In this document: one piece after another, positions 9,150 to 16,589 of the stretch
Position numbering within the stretch: the first letter of the stretch is position 1
How the letters are laid out: every line of letters begins with the position of its first letter
Assembly: GCA_033852115.1 (NCBI GenBank)
Contig: JAWSVE010000008.1
Coordinates: forward strand, 6,933 to 30,932
Length of the DNA stretch: 24,000 bases
Direction: 5' to 3'
From: Cellvibrionaceae bacterium
GTDB lineage: Bacteria > Pseudomonadota > Gammaproteobacteria > Pseudomonadales > Cellvibrionaceae
Notes under the pieces: model-generated
What the model saw: the letters and a program-made list of their open reading frames with translations, nothing else
The model's database searches: none
What the model was told of the DNA's origin: nothing
Position numbers and translations under genes: made by a program

Positions 9150-9497
9150 ATGAACCTCAACGATCTAATTGAAAAAACAACGAAGCAACAAAAGCAAGAC
9201 CTAGCTATATTTCAAACATACTTCAATTCCTCTGGGCAGCTAAAGCAGGCGGCAAAACCTGGTGGAAATGAAGCTTTCGAGTTTATAAAGCAGGTTTTAG
9301 ATGCTTTTGAGAGTGGACAGAAAAGTCACCTTTCGCCGCCGGAAAATAAACAACTCAAAGCAATGTGGCAGATTCTTATTAACAATGAAAAATATACAGC
9401 CGCGCTTGCGAAGGTGATACTGCCCAAAGAGGGAGATCTAGATCAGAAGATAGCTGCGATTATGCATTTTATTGAAACGGAAGAAAGCAAGAGTTAG
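9150..9497 (+). CDS. Hypothetical protein
   Basis: The track start at 9129 is TTG. The first ATG (MNLNDLIEK) is at 9150. I recognise no motif. Confidence 0.6.
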   Translation: MNLNDLIEKTTKQQKQDLAIFQTYFNSSGQLKQAAKPGGNEAFEFIKQVLDAFESGQKSHLSPPENKQLKAMWQILINNEKYTAALAKVILPKEGDLDQKIAAIMHFIETEESKS

Positions 9498-9505
9498 AAA
9501 GTTAT

Positions 9506-9781
9506 ATGTCTGAGCAGACTGCGGTTGAAATAATGCAGGCAAGTATCGCGCAGTCTATGGAGCAGGCTGTTCAGGATGCTGTGGATACATTGCGAAACAT
9601 TAGTACGGTAGAAACGACTGTCATTGGTGTCGCCTCTGCAAAGTGGGTAGCCGAGCCAGAGAATGTGGCCTACGCTGCGATCATAGAAAATGCGCAGGCG
9701 AATATTAGTTTCGCTGTTGCTAACTTAACAGCGGTTGGTACGGCTGCGGCATCGGTGATTACTGCGCTAGAAGTCAAGTAG
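9506..9781 (+). CDS. Small Ala/Val-rich protein, paralogue of 12421-12753 (shared AKW-A-PE motif)
   Basis: 91 aa. TTVIGVASAKWVAEPENVAY aligns with MTAMGSTYAKWLANPEIGEN of the 12421 product. Confidence 0.7.
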   Translation: MSEQTAVEIMQASIAQSMEQAVQDAVDTLRNISTVETTVIGVASAKWVAEPENVAYAAIIENAQANISFAVANLTAVGTAAASVITALEVK

Positions 9782-9804
9782 GTCAATAACGTTAGGAGAA
9801 AGTA

Positions 9805-10155
9805 ATGAGCGGTGCAAGTAGTAGTGATGGTGCAAAGTCTAAGAATGATCCGGAAACACAGCGGATGTCAGAAGAAGCTCAAGCATTTGTTGAATTGTCC
9901 AATAAGCTTCTTAATGAAGCACTTGCAACGTGTCAATTGGAGCCGTTCAAGCCCGTTCCACTTGAGGTTCCGTCTTTAATTAGCCCTGACAAGGAGCCGC
10001 CGCCATCAATATCGCAAGAGGCCCTTTGGCAACAGATAAATCAGCTTTACGCAAGCCAGAACACATTATTTTCCTCGGCTGAACACACCACCGAGCGAGA
10101 TCAATGCGATGAAAGTGACCAGCTTGATGATGTGACTAAGATGTTAGGTATGTGA
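9805..10155 (+). CDS. Hypothetical protein (acidic, Pro-rich centre)
   Basis: Strong RBS AGGAGA 6-7 nt upstream of the ATG. 116 aa. Confidence 0.7.
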   Translation: MSGASSSDGAKSKNDPETQRMSEEAQAFVELSNKLLNEALATCQLEPFKPVPLEVPSLISPDKEPPPSISQEALWQQINQLYASQNTLFSSAEHTTERDQCDESDQLDDVTKMLGM

Positions 10156-10727
10156 AGCAGTTCCGCATACTGCCTACGGCAGAACTCGAATGGCTATTCA
10201 GTACATCTTTAGAATACCGTAAAAGCTCCAATATAGATGATCTAAAAAGTCTCTTGCCCGCTGTTTACTGGGAGCTTAAGAAATCCCCTGAAAATACTGC
10301 CGGCCCTAGGGCTAGTCGAGAGCCGGTTTGTCGAAATGAAAGTGTCATTATTCATGAAACGTTAAGTTATCAATCAACTGTTTTTTCTGAGTTAGTCGCG
10401 AAACAACATAATTCTAAGTTACAGCTAATCTATATTCAGCTTGTCCCATCGAAAGCAGTTCTTCCGAATACCATACACCTGCCTGAAGAAAAATTATTTA
10501 GCGTAATCTATCCCGTCATGTTAGAGCTGACGATAATTCGACTTTGCCGTTATGCTGAATGTAACGGAGCGCATACGGTTTTTAGTGTTCTGATCAATAA
10601 AGACCTCGTGTCTCTATTTGAGAATATGGGCTTTGAAAAAATGAAGTTGAACAAAGGCGATGACCTAAACAGCGTTATTGAATCGGGGGTAAAGCGGTTT
10701 CCAATGGATAAAAAATTGGGATTATAA
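10152..10727 (+). CDS. Hypothetical protein, possibly a degenerate GNAT-like fold
   Basis: The GTG start overlaps the previous stop (GTGA), which suggests translational coupling. The C-terminal segment AHTVFSVLINKDLVSLFENMGFEKM resembles the end of acetyltransferase folds. This is weak. Confidence 0.6.
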   Translation: MKQFRILPTAELEWLFSTSLEYRKSSNIDDLKSLLPAVYWELKKSPENTAGPRASREPVCRNESVIIHETLSYQSTVFSELVAKQHNSKLQLIYIQLVPSKAVLPNTIHLPEEKLFSVIYPVMLELTIIRLCRYAECNGAHTVFSVLINKDLVSLFENMGFEKMKLNKGDDLNSVIESGVKRFPMDKKLGL

Positions 10728-10869
10728 AAACTGGATGATAATTTCCAAAATCCAGCGCAATATGGCCGAATTGTACCTCGATAAATAGCGCATTTGTGGA
10801 AGAGATAAATGAATCACTCAAAATACGCGCTGTGCAAGGTGATATTCAGGTTTTGAAATAATTTTAAAT

Positions 10870-10885
10870 TGGCATGCTTGATGCT
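10870..10885 (+). promoter_or_regulatory. Candidate sigma-54 (-24/-12) promoter for the rebB operon
   Basis: TGGCATGCTTGATGCT has GG and GC with the canonical 10-nt separation (consensus TGGCACG-N4-TTGCW). It lies ~115 nt upstream of the ATG at 11001. A cognate bEBP is encoded in the island. Confidence 0.65.
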
Positions 10886-11000
10886 CAGTAATATGCAGGT
10901 GTTTAATCTAGTCGAAGTGTTTTGCTGCGAATAGTATTCAGCACCCATCTAAATACTGAACCTATCTGCAAAGCAGAATAAATTAAATTTGGAGAAAATT

Positions 11001-11237
11001 ATGTCACAAACTGATACTGATAGCGTAAATGGAAAAGTGGTTGATGCGGTTACTATTACCAATACTAAAGTGTTGGCCGAAGCGCCTGCCATGGCTATGG
11101 GTAGCCTGTATCAAACTATTGGAAACTCTGTAGCAATGGCTGCTGCGAATGCAGTTTATGCACAGCAACAGGCCAACGTCTCTTATCAAGCAGCTAGCAC
11201 CCTGGGTGTCACAAAAATGTTTGAGGATAACAAATAA
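11001..11237 (+). CDS. rebB: R-body protein, RebB family (tandem copy 1)
   Basis: 78 aa with RBS GGAGAA. The core VVDAVTITNTKVLAEAPAMAMGSLYQTIGNSVAMAAANAVYAQQQANVSYQAASTLGV matches my recollection of the RebB/'killing trait' family consensus (xTDxVTQxNVKVxGEAPAxAMGxLYQ...NAVxxQQ...AATTxGV). Confidence 0.75.
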   Translation: MSQTDTDSVNGKVVDAVTITNTKVLAEAPAMAMGSLYQTIGNSVAMAAANAVYAQQQANVSYQAASTLGVTKMFEDNK

Positions 11238-11283
11238 TTAGGTGGCCAGTAGCGCTACTAGTTTTTAATTCGAGGAGTAATTT

Positions 11284-11517
11284 ATGAGTCAAACAGATGA
11301 TGGTGTTAATGGAAAAGTAGTCGATGCAGTGACGATCGCTAACACGAAAGTGTTGGCTGAAGCTCCGTCAATGGCTATGGGTAGTTTATACCAAACTGTT
11401 GGTAACTCAGTGGCTATGGCAGCGGCAAATGCCGTCTATGCTCAGCAGCAAGCCAACGTGACTTATCAGGCGGCTAGTACATTGGGTATTACTAAGATGT
11501 TTGAATCTAACAAATAG
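11284..11517 (+). CDS. rebB: R-body protein, RebB family (tandem copy 2)
   Basis: 77 aa with RBS GAGGAG. Near-identical in protein sequence to copies 1 and 3. Confidence 0.75.
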   Translation: MSQTDDGVNGKVVDAVTIANTKVLAEAPSMAMGSLYQTVGNSVAMAAANAVYAQQQANVTYQAASTLGITKMFESNK

Positions 11518-11560
11518 ATAAAGCGTAAGTAGTTGTACCTTTTTCTACGAGGAGTAATTC

Positions 11561-11794
11561 ATGAGTCAAACGGATAGTGGTGTTAATGGGAAAATTGTCG
11601 ACGCTGTGACGATTGCAAACACGAAAGTGTTAGCAGAAGCCCCAGCGATGGCAATGGGAAGTTTGTATCAAACTATTGGTAATTCCGTAGCAATGGCAGC
11701 GGCTAATGCTGTGTATGCTCAACAGCAGGCGAATGTGACATATCAGGCTGCGACGACACTCGGTATTACAAAAATGTTCGAGTCAAACAAGTAG
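11561..11794 (+). CDS. rebB: R-body protein, RebB family (tandem copy 3)
   Basis: 77 aa with RBS GAGGAG. It differs from copy 2 at 5 of 77 residues. Confidence 0.75.
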   Translation: MSQTDSGVNGKIVDAVTIANTKVLAEAPAMAMGSLYQTIGNSVAMAAANAVYAQQQANVTYQAATTLGITKMFESNK

Positions 11795-11802
11795 TGAAGT
11801 AA

Positions 11803-11827
11803 TACGCCGGCATTTTGTGTCGGCGTA
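11803..11827 (+). other. Stem-loop after the third rebB copy (no T-tract)
   Basis: TACGCCG (11803-11809) pairs with CGGCGTA (11821-11827) around an 11-nt loop. CTAAAATT follows, so it is not a classical terminator. Confidence 0.4.
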
Positions 11828-11852
11828 CTAAAATTACATTGAGGTAAAATTT

Positions 11853-12065
11853 ATGGCGGATTCCGAAAAAGTCATCACAGATTCTAAATCAATAAATAGC
11901 GAAGTAGAAGAGAAAAGCATTAACACGCTTCATACGTTATCGCTTGGCGGGCTGGTAAACGCTCAGTCGCTGACTTTGCTAAATAATACGCAGAACCAAT
12001 ACGCCTCTCAGGCGTTATCAAATGCCGCGATGGTTTCGACGTGCCAAAAAATACTACAAAGCTAA
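11853..12065 (+). CDS. Divergent RebB-like small protein
   Basis: 70 aa with RBS GAGGT. LSLGGLVNAQSLTLLNNTQNQYASQALSNAAMVSTCQKIL aligns loosely with AMGSLYQTIGNS...NAVYAQQQANVTYQAASTLGITKM of the tandem copies. Confidence 0.55.
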   Translation: MADSEKVITDSKSINSEVEEKSINTLHTLSLGGLVNAQSLTLLNNTQNQYASQALSNAAMVSTCQKILQS

Positions 12066-12106
12066 TTAATCCATATTGTCAAACATTGAGTGTCATACGG
12101 AGATAA

Positions 12107-12409
12107 ATGATGGGAACCCCAAATACCAATTCTAGTAAAAATGCAGGTGTGTCCAGCGCAATTGTTGGAAGTTTTGATCCGATTGAGGGGATGCCGGATG
12201 ATGCAAAAAACACCTGGGCTTTTGAATACAATAAAACGCAAAATACGATTACTTTCCAGATACAAGTAGGTATTACACCTATGATGATCGATAATTCAAG
12301 TCAGAATCTACATTCTGAGATACAAGTGGAAGATATCGATCAGCTAATCAATTGGCTGGCAATTGTGAAGATAAATAGCAGTGCAGCGAAGAGTAATAAT
12401 GGCAACTAG
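12107..12409 (+). CDS. Hypothetical protein, paralogue of 18503-18763
   Basis: RBS GGAGA. The start may be the second ATG at 12110. NTWAFEYNKTQNTITFQIQV and DIDQLINWLAIVK match NRWEFRFDQGKNEISLDVTL and DVSQLIQWLYRVK in the other copy. Confidence 0.7.
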   Translation: MMGTPNTNSSKNAGVSSAIVGSFDPIEGMPDDAKNTWAFEYNKTQNTITFQIQVGITPMMIDNSSQNLHSEIQVEDIDQLINWLAIVKINSSAAKSNNGN

Positions 12410-12420
12410 AGGATTCTATT

Positions 12421-12753
12421 GTGGTTGATTCAAATAATCAGAAACCTAGCGAGCCTCAAGATGGTGTGACATATTTTAATGCGGCCTCAGCCGGTGTTGC
12501 GCAGTCTGTGTCCTTAGGTGCTCAAAACTATATCGATGAGATGCGGCATCAAGGTATCGTAAAAATGACGGCGATGGGATCAACGTATGCGAAGTGGCTA
12601 GCGAATCCCGAAATAGGCGAGAATATGTATAAACCACTAATAGATTCGTTGAATGAAAATGACCAAAGCAAAATTGATTCAGTGAATACGTTTCTAAAGG
12701 AATGTATTGACCTCACTTTGTCACCGAAGGTTGCTGGTGAAGATAGCAAGTAA
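12421..12753 (+). CDS. Hypothetical protein, paralogue of 9506-9781 (AKW-A-PE motif)
   Basis: GTG start 7 nt after GAGGA. 110 aa. A terminator follows. Confidence 0.7.
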   Translation: MVDSNNQKPSEPQDGVTYFNAASAGVAQSVSLGAQNYIDEMRHQGIVKMTAMGSTYAKWLANPEIGENMYKPLIDSLNENDQSKIDSVNTFLKECIDLTLSPKVAGEDSK

Positions 12754-12785
12754 GAATCGCTGGCTACATTTTTAGAAACGCTTTT

Positions 12786-12818
12786 AGGCTCCCATGTATG
12801 ACATCGGAGCCTTTTTTG
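12786..12818 (+). terminator. Rho-independent terminator ending the rebB operon
   Basis: AGGCTCC (12786-12792) pairs with GGAGCCT (12806-12812) and is followed by TTTTTT. Confidence 0.7.
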
Positions 12819-12859
12819 CAAAGTTGGTTAATCTAGCGAATTTTGAAAACTCTCTATCC

Positions 12860-13324
12860 CTATGGCCCTAAGGATGGAATCGGTTGCACGTCATAGGGTA
12901 TCGGTAATCCTTGGTTTTTTTGGGTTGCTTGGCTGTAGAAATCCATAATGACATTGTAAATAAAGTAAAGACGACTTCGCTGCCTGTCTGCTGTTAATTT
13001 CTTCTCCGATTGTAGCCACGTAAACTCCAACAAGCTTTCTGCTGGACCAAGCATATACAGCTGCGCGAACTCATCAATCACTTTTTCAAAGCGGCTAGCT
13101 AGGAAGATAAGCAAGTTTAGGTGCTCTTCGCTGCTCTCTGGCGTTAGAGTGAAGACGCTGCTGCCCAATAATACTTCTTGCAATGTGTCGGTGGATATTG
13201 TGCTGTCAGTCGGCGCATCGTTTATGAACTCGTTGAGGTACTCGAGTGCAATTCTTTGATTGGTCAGCGAAAACTTTGGGGTATCTAAAGTTGTTACATT
13301 TTCTGTCTCAGGGTTACTTTGCAT
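12860..13324 (-). CDS. Hypothetical acidic protein
   Basis: 154-aa ORF, second gene of a minus-strand pair. I recognise no family. Confidence 0.65.
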   Translation of the reverse strand: MQSNPETENVTTLDTPKFSLTNQRIALEYLNEFINDAPTDSTISTDTLQEVLLGSSVFTLTPESSEEHLNLLIFLASRFEKVIDEFAQLYMLGPAESLLEFTWLQSEKKLTADRQRSRLYFIYNVIMDFYSQATQKNQGLPIPYDVQPIPSLGP

Positions 13325-13388
13325 CGCCTAATGTACCTACACTTATTGGGTTCACTTGGTTTTTTAGAACTTATATCGACGGTGCGGT

Positions 13389-13898
13389 CTAACACGCTGG
13401 TGTATCGTTATAGGTCCACGGGATGTCGTTATCGTTAGTAAATAGATCATCGTTAGAACATTGCGCGTTGTTATTGTTGTTCGACTTGAGTGGCGGAGGA
13501 AGGGGCAGGAACGTGGGTAAAGATCCCTGGCCGTGAACGTCCTGCCAACATTGTACGATGGACGATATGGGTCGCGCTGTGGGTAGCTTATTGAATGAAA
13601 GGTAGAATTGATTGATTGCTTCACTGAGAGAAGCAATGCGATCTCTCTTGCACTTAATACTAAAGTGAATATCCGTTAATGCATCCTGTGTGGGCGCGAG
13701 CATCTTGATAAGGCTTGACCTAAGCTCTTCGGTAAACGTTCCACCGGCTAATTGTTGTTCTAGTACAGGTAGCTTAAGAGCCCAGGTGGTGAGGCAGCGA
13801 TAATTATTTTTTTGTTGTGTATTGAGTTCTTCACTAAAAATGGCTTTGATGTTTTCTAGAACCGAAAAAAAATTCGGTATTTCTATTGTTTCCGACAT
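13389..13898 (-). CDS. Hypothetical protein (Asn run and Pro-rich C-terminal part)
   Basis: 169 aa. RBS GAGGAAAA lies upstream of the ATG at 13898. A candidate sigma-54 promoter lies upstream. Confidence 0.7.
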   Translation of the reverse strand: MSETIEIPNFFSVLENIKAIFSEELNTQQKNNYRCLTTWALKLPVLEQQLAGGTFTEELRSSLIKMLAPTQDALTDIHFSIKCKRDRIASLSEAINQFYLSFNKLPTARPISSIVQCWQDVHGQGSLPTFLPLPPPLKSNNNNNAQCSNDDLFTNDNDIPWTYNDTPAC

Positions 13899-13949
13899 GC
13901 GATTTTCCTCTAAAAGATACCTAGCTAGCCGTTTTCGTTATCCACTCCA

Positions 13950-13965
13950 TGCAACTTAGGTGCCT
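13950..13965 (-). promoter_or_regulatory. Candidate sigma-54 promoter (minus strand) for 13898-12860
   Basis: The reverse complement reads AGGCACCTAAGTTGCA. GGCAC-N5-TTGCA has exact GG-N10-GC spacing, ~40 nt upstream of the ATG at 13898. Confidence 0.6.
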
Positions 13966-13996
13966 GGTGTCACTATGAATAAGCGATTGTGAAACT

Positions 13997-14012
13997 TGGC
14001 ATTCAACTTGCT
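13997..14012 (+). promoter_or_regulatory. Candidate sigma-54 promoter (plus strand) for 14111-15886
   Basis: TGGCATTCAACTTGCT is near-consensus at -24 (TGGCAT) and -12 (TTGCT) with canonical spacing. It lies ~90 nt upstream of the ATG at 14111. Confidence 0.7.
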
Positions 14013-14110
14013 CTTTTCTCTAAGTTATAACGCTTGTAAGAATCGCCAAACAACGGATAGCCAAAACACCTTGAGTTAAGGATCGACTCGGACATAGTGA
14101 TGGATAAAGT

Positions 14111-15331
14111 ATGGAACATTCCAAACAAAAATTTCGCCAAATTCAAATCATCCAATGGCAATTGACGACTCGATTAGTGGGATCGAAAGATGGTCAGCAT
14201 GAATTATGGCAACAACAAGATGCTCGGCCGTCGCTAATAAAACGCGATAGTGGCTTTCGCGGTTTCGTGGATAGTGATGGCGTTTATGAGGCCGTCATGG
14301 CGTTGGCGAAACAGCACCCTGAGTTGTTGCGTTGTGACGCGGTAACACGTATCACGACGCTATATGACGTGTTAAGCGCAGCCGTGATTCATGCGGATAG
14401 AAATTCCGATGTGCTAAAGGTCTTTATGGCGCCAGATGGGTATTTTTGCGATTCCGAAACAGGTGCATATACGTTGTCGCAAACTCGCCTAATTAAGCAC
14501 ATGTTGCAAGCGATTATTGGTTGCCAAGAGCGATTCGAGAATTGGCTAATTATTCCTGGGACGATTAAGTGGCTCAAAGATGATACGCCCTTTAGCGGTC
14601 TGGAAAAATCACTCATCCCTCTGGCGCCGTTAAACAGCAGTGCGGTAGTGCTGTATAGCGGCCGTTTGCCGTTGGTTCATGTCGATGGACGTGAGTCGAA
14701 TAGCGCCTGCTTTTTTATTGAACCGGTAAACGATCATCCAGGGTTGATAGTACCTAAATCTCCCTGGGGCGGCCTCGACGTCTATGAGCCGGCCGAAGAG
14801 CGTCGCCTTCAGGATTTACATCGCCATATATTTGCTATTGGTGGCTTAAGAATTGGCGTCGAAATTAATCAAGAGCAGGCATCGGCTAACAATGGAAACA
14901 ATGTATTGACGCGTGCATTGAAGAGTATTGGAAAGGCGAAAGAATCGCTTGGATTGCAATTATTGCTGTCGTCTGGGCAGTTACTCAACCCTGAGCACCT
15001 TAACATCGAGCAGGGCGGGTTGGCGGCAAGTGTGAATGGTATTGTCGGCTTGGCAGGTGAGCCTGAGCCCATCGAATATCAGATGATTCGTCGAGAGCGC
15101 GATGGCGAGTCGTCACGCTTTAGCCAGCAGTTTTTACGCAGAAATTTTGTGCTGCCCGTTCCGTTACAAAATACTGGTAAGCCTGAATCCAGCTACTGTT
15201 ACAACATGTTGGGGCGAGAAGAGTCGCTACTGTTCAATTATACGTTGGGCATGCTAAGGGTTTTCAAGCCTGTTAGTTCACCGACTTTATTCGAGCACGC
15301 AGACGAAGTCGATGTGTTAGAAGCACGATAA
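14111..15331 (+). CDS. Hypothetical protein, 406 aa, no recognised family
   Basis: A long ORF with no competing frame, downstream of a sigma-54 promoter candidate and followed by the GNAT gene. Confidence 0.8.
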   Translation: MEHSKQKFRQIQIIQWQLTTRLVGSKDGQHELWQQQDARPSLIKRDSGFRGFVDSDGVYEAVMALAKQHPELLRCDAVTRITTLYDVLSAAVIHADRNSDVLKVFMAPDGYFCDSETGAYTLSQTRLIKHMLQAIIGCQERFENWLIIPGTIKWLKDDTPFSGLEKSLIPLAPLNSSAVVLYSGRLPLVHVDGRESNSACFFIEPVNDHPGLIVPKSPWGGLDVYEPAEERRLQDLHRHIFAIGGLRIGVEINQEQASANNGNNVLTRALKSIGKAKESLGLQLLLSSGQLLNPEHLNIEQGGLAASVNGIVGLAGEPEPIEYQMIRRERDGESSRFSQQFLRRNFVLPVPLQNTGKPESSYCYNMLGREESLLFNYTLGMLRVFKPVSSPTLFEHADEVDVLEAR

Positions 15332-15364
15332 CGCTATAAAAATATTTGTAAGAGGACTCAGGCC

Positions 15365-15886
15365 ATGTTGAACCAATCTGTTAAACACCGTAATTTGCTA
15401 TCACCGAGAAAGCGGTCATCACTCATCCGCCTCGAGCCGCTAGATCAGCAACATGGTGCAAAGTTAATTCAATTTCTTGATGAGGAAGTGTGTGAGACGT
15501 TGGGCTGTGGTGTGGTTACCAACCTTCATGAAGCTATACACTACATCTACAACCCAAATACTCGGCAGCCGTTCAAATTTTCTATCACCCATCAGGCATT
15601 TGGGCTCGTCGGTGTCGTTAGTTTTGGTTGTCAGTATGTGGATGGCTTGGAAGCGGTGATCGGCTACTGGATCGGGAAGCCTTACCAGGGTATGGGTTAT
15701 GCGAAGGAGTCTGTGTTGACACTGATTGAGATGCTGCGCGGCATGAGTGTGAAGCGAGTGCTGGCCGAGGTGTATCCCGGCAACACTCGCTCCGAGGCGC
15801 TGCTCGAAAGTATTGGTTTCCAATGCCCTGACAAGACGGAGCTTGTGAATCAGCAACAGTCTTTCTATCTAACACTGACTCAATAA
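15365..15886 (+). CDS. GNAT family N-acetyltransferase (RimJ/RimL-like)
   Basis: IGYWIGKPYQGMGYAKESVLTLIEML carries the acetyl-CoA motif A (Q-x-x-G-x-G/A). AEVYPGNTRSEALLESIGFQ is the typical GNAT C-terminal block. RBS AGAGGA. Confidence 0.85.
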   Translation: MLNQSVKHRNLLSPRKRSSLIRLEPLDQQHGAKLIQFLDEEVCETLGCGVVTNLHEAIHYIYNPNTRQPFKFSITHQAFGLVGVVSFGCQYVDGLEAVIGYWIGKPYQGMGYAKESVLTLIEMLRGMSVKRVLAEVYPGNTRSEALLESIGFQCPDKTELVNQQQSFYLTLTQ

Positions 15887-15890
15887 GGCG

Positions 15891-16109
15891 CTACATATTG
15901 TTGGGGCGAGTCGTAGGTTGACCCAAAATGGCATCAACAGAGCGGACTGTGGCTGCCTGCATGGTGGCGTAGCTAAATAGTTGTGCCTGGACAGACTGAG
16001 CCATGCTTTGGCCCGTATTCCATGCAGTAGTCATATAAAGATGGCCCATCGAAACGGCGGGAGACATGCCCACTACTCCCCAATTCAAACAAAAATTTTC
16101 ATCTTCCAT
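15891..16109 (-). CDS. Divergent RebB-family small protein
   Basis: 72 aa with RBS AGAGGGAAG. VVGMSPAVSMGHLYMTTAWNTGQSMAQSVQAQLFSYATMQAATVRSV aligns with VLAEAPAMAMGSLYQTIGNSVAMAAANAVYAQQQANVTYQAASTLGI. The P-A-x-x-M-G-x-L-Y, V-x-A-Q and T-x-Q-A-A positions are conserved. Confidence 0.7.
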   Translation of the reverse strand: MEDENFCLNWGVVGMSPAVSMGHLYMTTAWNTGQSMAQSVQAQLFSYATMQAATVRSVDAILGQPTTRPNNM

Positions 16110-16270
16110 AGTTCTTCCCTCTTTCGCGGTTTGGTAATTAATTTAAAGCCGGACGAAAACGTCCGCCCTGGGCAAAAGAATAGAGCAGATCGTCCACAAA
16201 AGATTGAGGCCGGTGCTAAAGGTGACCGAGTGACAGCTAATTATGACGCTGTGACAAATAGCTCGATTCG

Positions 16271-16507
16271 CTATTTGATTTTGTTACAGGCGGAAGACAT
16301 CGAGCTTTCAAATTGCTTTAGTGAAGCGCGGTGACTTTGAGATAGGGATTGAAGGGCTGAATGCTGGCTAGAGAGGGATGTGCTGGCTGATACGTTATGG
16401 TTTATTAACGCAGGGTCGTCAACTAACTCGCCTTTAAACCAGTCGTAGACGTGCCACAAAGCAGTTTCATTGACTGGCTTGGAAGGCTTGTTTTTGTAGG
16501 AAGTCAT
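16271..16507 (-). CDS. Possible small Ser-rich hypothetical protein (doubtful)
   Basis: The track ORF 16271-16534 starts at a TTG. The first ATG is at 16507 and has no Shine-Dalgarno. It lies between the hydrolase gene and the RebB-like gene on the same strand. Confidence 0.3.
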   Translation of the reverse strand: MTSYKNKPSKPVNETALWHVYDWFKGELVDDPALINHNVSASTSLSSQHSALQSLSQSHRASLKQFESSMSSACNKIK

Positions 16508-16589
16508 GAGGAGGCGTTGGCGAACATGCCACAAAAAGCGTGACTATAAAACATGAGACACAGTGTGGCACGTCCAGAGTTGCATGAAC

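Noticed and set aside
10731-10755. The inverted repeat CTGGAT-N13-ATCCAG after the 10152-10727 gene, as a terminator
   Set aside because: It has only a 6-bp stem, a large loop and no T-tract. It might instead be a protein-binding site upstream of the sigma-54 promoter, but I could not find the motif at the other promoters.
11001-11794. Alternative reading of the small Ala-rich tandem genes as gas-vesicle (GvpA-like) or pilin/flagellin-like subunits
   Set aside because: GvpA signature blocks are absent (LAEVIDRILDKG..., the conserved hairpin). There is no signal or prepilin peptide. The APAMAMGSLYQ / NAVxAQQQ pattern fits RebB instead.
14111-15331. The idea that the 406-aa protein is a nitrilase/C-N hydrolase superfamily member (KVFMAPDGYF and LRIGVEINQE resemble the Glu and Cys motifs)
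   Set aside because: The would-be catalytic Glu and Cys positions are not conserved (D and N respectively), and I could not find the Lys motif. The resemblance is too weak to call.
16213-16227. A minus-strand GGTCAC...GCA motif upstream of the RebB-like gene 15891-16109
   Set aside because: The GG-to-GC spacer is 9 nt, one short of canonical. Sigma-54 promoters do not tolerate this.
15981-16334. A 117-aa plus-strand ORF, along with the many 60-130 aa ORFs antisense to the carboxylase, hydratase, bEBP, GNAT, hydrolase, PQQ dehydrogenase and GGDEF genes
   Set aside because: They lie fully or largely antisense to ORFs with clear family motifs or good RBSs. They have low-complexity, Arg/Ser-rich composition and no RBS. 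They are typical shadow ORFs.
16566-16584. TGGCAC...TTGCA, which looks like a perfect sigma-54 promoter on the plus strand
   Set aside because: GG and GC are separated by 13 nt, not the obligatory 10. The motif also points into the 3' end of the convergent hydrolase gene, with nothing to transcribe.
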